64,000 nucleotides of DNA from Bacteroidales bacterium (GTDB lineage Bacteria; Bacteroidota; Bacteroidia; Bacteroidales; UBA12077), in assembly GCA_018334675.1 (NCBI GenBank), contig JAGXLL010000011.1, forward strand, positions 51 to 64,050. The letters are read 5' to 3'. Made by a program: the position numbers and the translations under genes. Positions 9,456 to 17,585 of this stretch are shown here, in pieces; positions within the stretch are counted from its first letter, which is position 1, and each line of letters opens with the position of its first letter. Under the pieces are notes generated by a model. The model was not told the origin of the DNA. It worked only from the letters and a program-made list of their open reading frames with translations, and ran no database searches.

Positions 9456-9985
9456 CTTCCATCAATTCAAACCATACAATTTCATCCTAAATGTGCCCTA
9501 TTCGGTGCCCTTTTTTTATTTGTATATTGAGGGCACCTATCTGATGTAAATATTTGTTATACAGATTTTTACATCATAATTTCTGGTGCATGTTGATCTC
9601 ATCTGTAGATAAAAATAGGTGCCCTTTTTCAAATGAAATTATTCACCTTCAAAATGAAATTGTATGAAAACACAAAACACCTTCGGAAGCTGCTCCACCC
9701 CTCAAGCAAAAAGATGCGCCAAAAATTTTTTTATCTCATTGACTTGCTTTTTATGGCAAAAAAATTTTTGACGAAAACCTTGACTTTCCCCACCCCAGGC
9801 ATTTGGTGGCTTAGCCGTTTTGATTAAGGATAAGTGTATTTTATAATCAACATTCTTACAAATACTACCAGCTATTAAATCTTAGAGAATTAATAAGACA
9901 CAGTTTTTACTAGATTATTCAAAAAATGTCAAGTTTATAATACAATTTATTTGACTAATATCGTTATAATCTATAAATTTGCGCT

Positions 9986-10714
9986 ATGGAAACACAATCG
10001 ATCAATAATGAGATAAATGCCAAAATAAACAAAATGCAGCCTGGTAAAGTGTTTGATTATTCCATTTTTAAAAATTACCAGGAAAAGCCACAGGCTGTAG
10101 CAAAAGCATTAAGCCGATTAGAAAAAAACAAAATTATTCAGAGGCTGGAAAAAGGAATTTATTATATCCCTTTACAGTCAAAATATGGAATATTGAAGCC
10201 TTCTGAAGAAAAAATAATAAATGCCTTAAAACAGAAAGAAAAAGGGATTTATGAAACAGGGCTTAATGTTTACAACAGGTTGGGTTTAACCTCACAGGTT
10301 CCCAATAGTATAACTCTGGCCACAAAGATCCAAAAGCCTCCAAAAAATGTTGGGGGGATTAAAATCCAATATACCAAAAAGGACTTTGATATCAGCCGAT
10401 ATGAATCTTACTCACTTCAATTGCTTGATGCCCTCAAAGACTGTAAAAACATTCCCGACAATACCCCGAATGGCGTGATTCGTGTCATGCGATCCAGAAT
10501 TAAGGAATTATCCGTGCAAAAGGTAAAACAATTAATTAAAGCTTCGTTTAATTATCCTCCTTTTGTAAGGGCTATCCTGGGCGCTATGATAGAACTGGAA
10601 TTTTCCGGGAAGGAATCAGCAGTCCTGAAAGAATCATTAAATCCATTAACCAAATATGCGATTCCGGTAAAATCGTTAACTTTACCTAATAAAGCAAAAT
10701 GGGGCATTAAATGA
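9986..10714 (+). CDS. AbiEi-like antitoxin / DUF6088-family transcriptional regulator
   Basis: 242 aa. N-terminal winged-helix pattern VAKALSRLEKNKIIQRLEKGIYYIP and NRLGLTSQVP. ATGA 4-nt overlap with the downstream AbiEii-like ORF. Low-GC context. Confidence 0.7.
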   Translation: METQSINNEINAKINKMQPGKVFDYSIFKNYQEKPQAVAKALSRLEKNKIIQRLEKGIYYIPLQSKYGILKPSEEKIINALKQKEKGIYETGLNVYNRLGLTSQVPNSITLATKIQKPPKNVGGIKIQYTKKDFDISRYESYSLQLLDALKDCKNIPDNTPNGVIRVMRSRIKELSVQKVKQLIKASFNYPPFVRAILGAMIELEFSGKESAVLKESLNPLTKYAIPVKSLTLPNKAKWGIK

Positions 10715-11094
10715 CGTTTCACGAAAATAAAAAAGAATTTAAGGAAGCTATCCTAGCTGCAGGAGAATATTTTGGCATTCGGGAAGTATTAATTGAAAAG
10801 GATTATTGGGTATCCTTTGTACTCAAAAACCTTTCTCAATCAGAATATAAAGATTGGGTAGTATTTAAAGGAGGAACAGCCTTGGCAAAATCATATACCT
10901 TCATTGCCAGGTTCTCCGAAGATATTGATTTAGCATTAATTTCTAAAGAAAAACTTGGAGATGCTAAAAGAAAGACTTTATTCAAAAATATTGAAAATAC
11001 CTTATCCACTGGTCTGGAACCAGTCAATCATCCTGATCCTTTAAAAAAAGGCAGAAACAGAAAAACTTTTGTCTTGTATTCGGCTTTCCTATGA
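10711..11094 (+). pseudogene. AbiEii/AbiGii-family nucleotidyltransferase toxin, 3'-truncated
   Basis: N-terminal signature FKGGTALAKSYTFIARFSEDIDLAL. Only 127 aa remain, which is less than half the family length as I recall it. The reading frame runs into the remnant of a convergent MFS gene. Confidence 0.75.
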
Positions 11095-11755
11095 AGGTTG
11101 CAAAGCTGAGGACAAAAAGCATGACGGCTCTCCGGTTAAGAACCGTTTTCAATACATGGTTGAGATAACTGGTCAAACCAGGTTTTGTTACTGGTTCGGG
11201 ATTATCCAGATAGAAATAAACCAGCAAAGCCACCACCAGTGCCAGTGCAGGAATCAGGAAAGGATAATACCAACTGATGGAAGCCAGCAATCCTCCAGCA
11301 GCAGGAAACAGGGCCATTGAAACACTCATCACACCGCTGTTATAACCCATGACCCGTACTTTCTGATTTCCCCCATAAATGTCACCGATAAGGGTGATGT
11401 TGACAATACCCAGGCAGGCAGCTCCCATTCCCTGAAAGAAACGAAGCACGAGGATCATATCGAACGACCTGAGAAAAAAACACGCTGTACCGCATACCCC
11501 AAATAAAACCAAAGCCACCAACAAAACCTTCTTCCTGCCCCAACGGTCGATAATCATCCCTAAGAATGGGGCCAGCAGAGCCCCGGGCAGGGTAAAAACG
11601 GTGATCAATAAACCAATCTTACTCTCAGAAATATTCAGCTCTTCACTTATTTCCGCCAAAATGGGAATGATGCTGGGTACTCCCGCCAGAGAAAGCAAGG
11701 TGACCGACAAAATAAGATATAAGTTCCTCTTCTGGCGTAAATTCAAAGGGACCAT
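11024..11755 (-). pseudogene. MFS transporter, N-terminal half only (3'-truncated)
   Basis: About six TM segments with the MFS loop motif MIIDRWGRKKVL. Hydrophobic sequence ends at ...VLSFATFI and becomes non-membrane junk (GKPNTRQKFF...) where it meets the AbiEii remnant. Confidence 0.7.
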
Positions 11756-11818
11756 ATAGATTGAATCTTCCGTGAAAATAGGAATTCATTTGCCGAATAT
11801 AATGCAAATACAGAAAAG

Positions 11819-13120
11819 TTATACGACATGGCCGGACAGCCATTGCCTGAATTCCTTGTAATCCGCCGGCATTTGCAGAGCCTGCTTCTCTTTATTCTGA
11901 ATCTCTTTTAAATATATGGGTATATCAATAGACTCACCAATGGCCTCTTCCACCACATCCGGGAACTTGGCCGGGTGGGCTGTTTCAAGGAAAACACCAG
12001 TCTCCCCCTCCTGCAGGTGATGCCGGCATCCCATGTAACCGATGGCGCCATGAGGATCCAGGATATAGCCTGTTTTATTATGAAGATCCCGGATGGCCTC
12101 GGCGGTCTGCTCATCATTGACCACAAATCCCTGAATCAATTGCGAGATCCTCTTGTGATCATCACCAAACATCTCGCGGATGCGGACAAAATTGCTGGGA
12201 TCGCCCACATCCATGGCATTGGAATGGGTCCGCACCGCAGTCCGCGGATTGTATTGGCCCGTCTGAAGGTAATCGGGCACCACCCGGTTGATGTTGGAGG
12301 CAGCTACAAACCGTTTCACCGGCAGGCCCATCTTCCAGGCCATCACCCCCGCCGTGAGGTTGCCATAGTTGCCGCTGGGAACAGAAAAGATCATGTTGTC
12401 CCGCTGTTCGTTCTCCAGCTGACGCCATGCCCAGAAGTAATATACCATCTGGGGCAGGAGCCTGCCCACATTGATGGAATTGGCCGAGGTAAGCACCTTA
12501 CCTCCAAATGATTCCTGATCCGCAAAAGCCCGCTTCACCAGTTTCTGACAATCGTCGAAGGTGCCCTGCACCTCCACGGCTGTTATGTTACCCCCCAGGG
12601 TGGTCAGGGTCTTCTCCTGCAAGGGGCTTACCTTTCCTGAGGGATAGAGCAACACCACCCGGATACCCTGTACATTATAAAAGCTCTTGGCCACCGCGCT
12701 TCCCGTGTCACCTGAGGTGGCCACCAACACGGTGATCTCCTGAGCCGCTTTTTCCGCGATCTTCTTCAGCACCTCGGCCAGAAAACGAGCCCCTACATCC
12801 TTGAAAGCCAGAGAGGGCCCGTGAAACAGCTCAAGCACATAAATATAGCGATCGACCTGCGCCAGGGGCAAGGAAAAGTTGAAGGCCCGGCCGCAGATAT
12901 CCTGAAGCTCGCCCCGGGTGAAGTCTTCCTTTACAAAATCATACAGCACTTCGGTTGCCAGGTCAGTGAATGAATAATTATCTATTTCATCGAAAAATGC
13001 TCCATCTTTTGCTGTAAGACTTATAGGGAAATACAAACCATTGCCCCCGGCAGCACCCTGCAAGACGGCTTCCCTGAATGTTGCGGTTTCCTTTCTATCA
13101 TTGATATTGTAAAAGCGCAT
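11819..13120 (-). CDS. thrC: Threonine synthase
   Basis: 433 aa. PLP-lysine context HGPSLAFKDVGARF and TSGDTGSA loop. Confidence 0.92.
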   Translation of the reverse strand: MRFYNINDRKETATFREAVLQGAAGGNGLYFPISLTAKDGAFFDEIDNYSFTDLATEVLYDFVKEDFTRGELQDICGRAFNFSLPLAQVDRYIYVLELFHGPSLAFKDVGARFLAEVLKKIAEKAAQEITVLVATSGDTGSAVAKSFYNVQGIRVVLLYPSGKVSPLQEKTLTTLGGNITAVEVQGTFDDCQKLVKRAFADQESFGGKVLTSANSINVGRLLPQMVYYFWAWRQLENEQRDNMIFSVPSGNYGNLTAGVMAWKMGLPVKRFVAASNINRVVPDYLQTGQYNPRTAVRTHSNAMDVGDPSNFVRIREMFGDDHKRISQLIQGFVVNDEQTAEAIRDLHNKTGYILDPHGAIGYMGCRHHLQEGETGVFLETAHPAKFPDVVEEAIGESIDIPIYLKEIQNKEKQALQMPADYKEFRQWLSGHVV

Positions 13121-13213
13121 ACATAATACCTTGATTATAGAATATTAATTATGAATTATTTAACCCTGGGTCTTGTGAACTTAGACTCGTGATATAACTT
13201 TTTTTTATCATAC

Positions 13214-13271
13214 TAACATTCAACATTCCAACATTCAATATCCCAACATTCTAACATTCAACCTTCAACAT
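13214..13271. repeat. AACATTC / TTCAAC word array (GAATGTT/GTTGAA in the sense of thrB)
   Basis: taacattcaacattccaacattcaatatcccaacattctaacattcaaccttcaacat: five AACATTC and three TTCAAC words spanning the thrB stop codon. Confidence 0.7.
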
Positions 13272-14226
13272 GGAACCTTTCCAGAACCACCGTTCCCGAT
13301 CTGTCTACCCGGGATATATAAGTAAGGAAATCAATTTGATGCTTCTCATACTCCCTGCTTACTACCTCTTTCACCTGTTCCGCCATTTCCCGGCTGTCGC
13401 ATATGGCAAAAAAGGCAGGGCCCGAGCCGGATATGGTAAAACCCTTAGCTCCATTGGACAGGGCTACCTTTTTCATCTCCTGGTAGCCGGGGATCAGTTC
13501 AGCGCGGTAAGGCTCTGCAACCAGATCTTCCATGGAATCCCCGATCAAATCATAATTGGAAGTATACAAACCGGCGATCAGTCCACCCACATTGCCCCAC
13601 TGTTTGACAGCATCCTTCAGCGCAATCCGGTCCATAATCACCGAACGGCCCAGGTCGGTGCGGATCTCAATCTGCGGATGAAATACCATGGTCCACATCG
13701 ATTCGGGTGGGGGAATATTCACTATATCCAACGGGTTATAGCTGCGGACCAATACGATACCCCCGAGGATGGCCGGGGCCACGTTATCTGCATGTTTGCC
13801 TCCCGAGACCAGGGCTTCCCCCTCCATAGCAAAATTCACCAGTTCCCGTTTGGTATAGGGTCTTCCCAGCAGCTCATTTACTGCCACCACAGCAGCCGCG
13901 GAGCTGGAGGCACTGGAACCCAGTCCGCTTCCGGGCATCACCGACTTGTGGATCTCCAGGTCAAAGCCCTGATGGCTGTCCAGACTTTCCAGCATCTTGC
14001 GTACGGCATGCGAGGCCACATTCTTACCAGGATCGGTGGGTATATCGCTGTAACCGGTCACCTGCACAATGCGTACATCCGGGGTTGTATTCCTGTATGC
14101 GGTGATGGTGTCTCCCGCTCCTTCGATGGGAAAGCCGATGATGTCGAACCCGCTTCCCATATTGGACACGGTGGCAGGGGCGAAAACCTGAACTCCCTGA
14201 TAGGTCTGATTCTTGCTCTGTTTCAA
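13258..14226 (-). CDS. thrB: Homoserine kinase
   Basis: 322 aa. GHMP kinase motif PGSGLGSSASSSAA and N-terminal APATVSNMGSGFD. Confidence 0.9.
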   Translation of the reverse strand: MKQSKNQTYQGVQVFAPATVSNMGSGFDIIGFPIEGAGDTITAYRNTTPDVRIVQVTGYSDIPTDPGKNVASHAVRKMLESLDSHQGFDLEIHKSVMPGSGLGSSASSSAAAVVAVNELLGRPYTKRELVNFAMEGEALVSGGKHADNVAPAILGGIVLVRSYNPLDIVNIPPPESMWTMVFHPQIEIRTDLGRSVIMDRIALKDAVKQWGNVGGLIAGLYTSNYDLIGDSMEDLVAEPYRAELIPGYQEMKKVALSNGAKGFTISGSGPAFFAICDSREMAEQVKEVVSREYEKHQIDFLTYISRVDRSGTVVLERFHVEG

Positions 14227-14284
14227 TAGTAAATGATTGTTTTGTTGTTCTGATAAGCCATTCGAAAATTAACAATTTCTTCTC

Positions 14285-14920
14285 TCACTCCCCTACAATC
14301 TTTGCTTTTCGGATATAATCCAACCCCGGATACTTCTTCCTGAGGTATGCGTTGCCCAGCTGATAGATCGAATCCTGTTTCTCGGCCGGCTCAAAGCCAT
14401 AATCTGAATAAAAGGACTCGACCACCTCCATGCCGTCTACTACCCTGCCAATGGGAGGAAAACCCCGCAGGCCATTGAAATTAATGGTATCCAACTTGAA
14501 ATTATCCTGGTAGTTGATGAAAAGCTGAGTGGTTCGCGAGTCCGCCCCCTCCCGGGCATAGGCCACTGTGCCTTTCAAATTGCTCTGCTTTACCGGTTCA
14601 TCAGGTAGCGGATGTTCCTCCCAGAAGCCATTGACCTGCGGATTATCAGAAATACCAAACTGAACCACATACTCCGGTTGAACCCGGAAGATGGCCACAT
14701 CTGTAAAAAAATCAGTTCTTACCAGCTGATACAACCGGTCTGCTCCCTCCGGACTCCAATTACGGTAAGCCTCTATGGTAAAGGACCCGGCTGTGGTTTG
14801 AAATTCCACCTGAAAAGCATCGGTCGCCTGGAGACTCAATACCGAAGAATCTGGTTGTGCCTGAGTAAGTCCAACAAGAGTCAGAAATAGCAGAGTAAAG
14901 AAAATCAATATCCTTTTCAT
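14285..14920 (-). CDS. Secreted cyclophilin-type peptidyl-prolyl cis-trans isomerase
   Basis: 211 aa. Signal peptide, then cyclophilin core FRVQPEYVVQFG ... GTVAYAREGADSRTTQLFINY. Confidence 0.88.
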   Translation of the reverse strand: MKRILIFFTLLFLTLVGLTQAQPDSSVLSLQATDAFQVEFQTTAGSFTIEAYRNWSPEGADRLYQLVRTDFFTDVAIFRVQPEYVVQFGISDNPQVNGFWEEHPLPDEPVKQSNLKGTVAYAREGADSRTTQLFINYQDNFKLDTINFNGLRGFPPIGRVVDGMEVVESFYSDYGFEPAEKQDSIYQLGNAYLRKKYPGLDYIRKAKIVGE

Positions 14921-14984
14921 ACACTTGATCTTTCAAGTTTACCCGCCGTCATTGGCAGGCAGAAAAAACAGTGAAAGATATAAA

Positions 14985-15272
14985 TTACTGAAGTTCCTCA
15001 TCTTCGGCCAGCAGTTTGGAAGAGGGACCCCAAATGATAAAGGTGACCTCTTTCCACCAATCATATTTCTTGGCATTGTATACATACATGAACACCATCT
15101 TTTTTGCCACCTCCGCATCACCGCTGGTCCACAACACCACCAGCTTATCTGGGGAAGCATCTGCCGGCTGGTTATTCAATTTGACTTTCTCAGATGGCTG
15201 GGCCACGGCAGCAACCTGCATCCAACCCATCATGAGGGCCAGGCTTATCATAAAATACAATCGCTTTTTCAT
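14985..15272 (-). CDS. Small secreted protein resembling the N-terminal half of a DsrE-like protein (possibly truncated)
   Basis: 95 aa. Signal peptide, then LVVLWTSGDAEVAKKMVFMYVYNAKKYDWWKEVTFIIWGPSSKLL. The Cys-containing C-terminal half I expect for this family is absent. Confidence 0.4.
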   Translation of the reverse strand: MKKRLYFMISLALMMGWMQVAAVAQPSEKVKLNNQPADASPDKLVVLWTSGDAEVAKKMVFMYVYNAKKYDWWKEVTFIIWGPSSKLLAEDEELQ

Positions 15273-15318
15273 ATTATCTGGTCTTTAGGAATTGATTAAT
15301 TTTCAGCGTACTTCTTAA

Positions 15319-15403
15319 AGCTTAGTGCAGCGCTCGGTGTTCGCTCCCGGACATTCCCAGCGCTTAGCGCAGCGCTTGGCGCTGCGCTAAGCGCTGTTTT
15401 TTT
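15319..15403. repeat. GCGCTTAGCGC-family palindromic element (perfect 18-bp stem hairpin plus degenerate half copy)
   Basis: CAGCGCTTAGCGCAGCGC (15358-15375), loop TTG, GCGCTGCGCTAAGCGCTG (15379-15396), then T7. A degenerate copy agcttagtgcagcgctcgg lies at 15319-15337. Confidence 0.8.
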
Positions 15404-16093
15404 CTATTTTTTTACCTGGTAGCGTATCCAGAAATGATCGTTTCCCAGGTTTTGGGTATCCAGCACTTTCAACCTGATATGTTCTGAATTCAGTTCCAAT
15501 TCATTGAATATCTTATACTGCCCTTTCTTCACAACGAAAGGAGCCAACACCAGGCTGATCTCATCCACCAGATTCTTCTGCAGCAACGCATTGGTCAGTC
15601 CCGGGCCTGAATCGGTCAGTAGGGTCTCGATGCGAAAATCCAGGCTAAGCTGGCGAAAAGCATCGGCAAGATCGACTTTCTGTTTACCGGTGCGGATAAA
15701 AGGATAATCCCGTTCCTTGAGGTATTCCTGGTAATCTTTGGGTGTGGCATCGGATATCAATACAATGATGTCCTTGAGGTATTCCATCTTGCGGAAATAG
15801 GGCAGCAGGCCTTTCAGCCTGCTCCGGCTGTCCACCACCACCCAGAAGGGCCGGATGTCGGTGGGATCATATTCAGGTCGCCCGGGCTCTGTATCCGCTT
15901 CGGCGGGTATCTCATCCGAGGCATCCAGGATGGTTTGGGAACCCACCAGGTAGGCATCTACCTTCAAACTCGAGGCGATGCTGTAATGGATGCTCAGGTC
16001 TGCCTCAAATCCCTTCAGTGAACCATCCAGGCTAATGGTGTTGTGAAGAATTACCCTGGGCAGGCCTGTGACAATGTTATGTTCGTGATTCAT
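15404..16093 (-). CDS. RibD C-terminal domain / dihydrofolate reductase-family protein
   Basis: Motif RVILHNTISLDGSLKG and overall RibD_C-like pattern. ATG at 16093 is preferred over the TTG at 16117. Confidence 0.72.
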   Translation of the reverse strand: MNHEHNIVTGLPRVILHNTISLDGSLKGFEADLSIHYSIASSLKVDAYLVGSQTILDASDEIPAEADTEPGRPEYDPTDIRPFWVVVDSRSRLKGLLPYFRKMEYLKDIIVLISDATPKDYQEYLKERDYPFIRTGKQKVDLADAFRQLSLDFRIETLLTDSGPGLTNALLQKNLVDEISLVLAPFVVKKGQYKIFNELELNSEHIRLKVLDTQNLGNDHFWIRYQVKK

Positions 16094-16289
16094 ATTTTTG
16101 GGTTTTTGGGAAAGCAACTTTCCATTAGTAGATCATGATCCGATAAGATACAAAATATTATTCATATGGAAAATTCTTGCTCACCTAAAATGACGGCCCG
16201 GCAAATCTATTTATATCATCAACCGGGAATCATGGCATTTGAATGGAATTCAACAAAGCAGGAATGAGTAAAGGGGAAGAAAAGCAGAT

Positions 16290-17255
16290 TCAGAGATTTT
16301 TCCGGATATCCTGCAAGTTTGCATACAGGTCTTCCACCGTCTTCTCATGGATTTCGCCGGATTGAAAGCGATCGATGTACTGTTCGTTGACCGGGTCGAA
16401 CAGGCCATGATGCTTGAACATGCCTGCTTCTTTGTTCCAGGCGATCACCGAAACAATAAAGGGCTCGTTGCGGTTGATCAGATCGAAGTGAATGGGCAGC
16501 TTCTTCTCATCCACCAGGGCCTCCTTACTCAAACCATGCAGTTCAAAATGGCCGTCTTCTCCTGTAAAGGACTGAAGGCGTGGATCTCCGTTCTGCTGTA
16601 TCTCTTCGACATTGATCACCCGCACCAGATAACTGATCTGGTCGGTAGGAAAGGAAGAGATATTGTGGATATCAATCTCCACATGATTATACGCCTGGGA
16701 TTGACCATCCAGGGGTAAGATCCTCAGATCTGCCTTTAACTGGGCCCGCACCCTTTTGTAGAACAAAGCTTCCACCAGCCCGTGGGGAGCAGGCTTGGCC
16801 TCCTTCTCCAGGCGGATGTAATATCGACCGTCGTTGAGAAACTGATGCGGGGGATTGTTGCTTTGGGGCACTTCAAATATGAAATAGTTGCCCTCCTCAT
16901 CGCGTATCTCCTGTATCCGTATGCCGTGGGGATAAGGCACGATGTTGGCGGCGACGAGACCTAAGATCCAGTTCTTGTCCCGAAAAATCGAGGGAATAAG
17001 CCGTCCCTGGCATATCCTGCGCTGAACACGTCCGGTTCTCTGCAACTTTCTCTCCTTGGGGCTGCCGACGATGATCAACCCTCCTTCGGTGTTCAGAAAG
17101 GCACATATCTCCTTGAAAATGCTGTTGATCTTTACCTGTCCGCTTTTAAATTCCAACACCGAGGATTCTTCACGGGGAGTCGAAAAATAATCATTCAGGT
17201 CTGCGCGGGTGATCTCATAGAGATCTTTGCCCAGTATTTGACGCGCCAGATTCAT
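16290..17255 (-). CDS. AlbA_2 (Schlafen-type divergent AAA / putative nucleic-acid-binding) domain protein with unknown C-terminal domain
   Basis: N-terminal EESSVLEFKSGQVKINSIFKEICAFLNTEGGLIIVG matches the AlbA_2 signature. I do not recognise residues ~170-321. Confidence 0.65.
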   Translation of the reverse strand: MNLARQILGKDLYEITRADLNDYFSTPREESSVLEFKSGQVKINSIFKEICAFLNTEGGLIIVGSPKERKLQRTGRVQRRICQGRLIPSIFRDKNWILGLVAANIVPYPHGIRIQEIRDEEGNYFIFEVPQSNNPPHQFLNDGRYYIRLEKEAKPAPHGLVEALFYKRVRAQLKADLRILPLDGQSQAYNHVEIDIHNISSFPTDQISYLVRVINVEEIQQNGDPRLQSFTGEDGHFELHGLSKEALVDEKKLPIHFDLINRNEPFIVSVIAWNKEAGMFKHHGLFDPVNEQYIDRFQSGEIHEKTVEDLYANLQDIRKNL

Positions 17256-17454
17256 AACCTATAAATTTACAATAAAATACGGAAAATTACATGAACATCC
17301 CGCTTACTTTTTGTCGGGTGTCCGCATCTTAAAAGAACGGAAAGTCAACAAGGATAGTATGAGAAAAAGGCTGGGCAGAATAAGGAATGGGGTAAGAAAG
17401 GAGATAGATAAGAAAGGACTGGGTAAGAAAAAGGCCGGATCGAACCAATACAAT

Positions 17455-17502
17455 AAAACCCGGTATGTTGGGAAGATCAAATTCCCACATACCGGGTAAA
17501 AA
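17455..17502 (-). terminator. Rho-independent terminator after the S9 peptidase gene
   Basis: CCCGGTATGT(T)GGGAA - loop - TTCCCACATACCGGG, with a T-run on the minus strand. Confidence 0.7.
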
Positions 17503-17585
17503 TTCTTATTGGAAAGTTATACGTTTACCAGCCGATGCCGGTACATTTTATCAAACGGGTCCGCTTATTTAAAGGATCCGCCGGT

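Noticed and set aside
13270-14229. 319-aa ORF on the + strand
   Set aside because: It is antisense to thrB, which carries the GHMP kinase motif. No motif is present. It is a shadow ORF.
14921-14987. Stop-codon read-through or selenocysteine (TGA) extension of the DsrE-like ORF
   Set aside because: The ORF ends in TAA. The following frame (FISFTVFSACQ-TGA-RRVNL) does not resemble the expected C-terminal half, and the next gene is in another frame. No SECIS-like hairpin is evident.
17311-17499. 62-aa Lys/Arg-rich ORF
   Set aside because: It overlaps the terminator hairpin of the S9 peptidase gene, and its composition reflects A/G-rich intergenic DNA.
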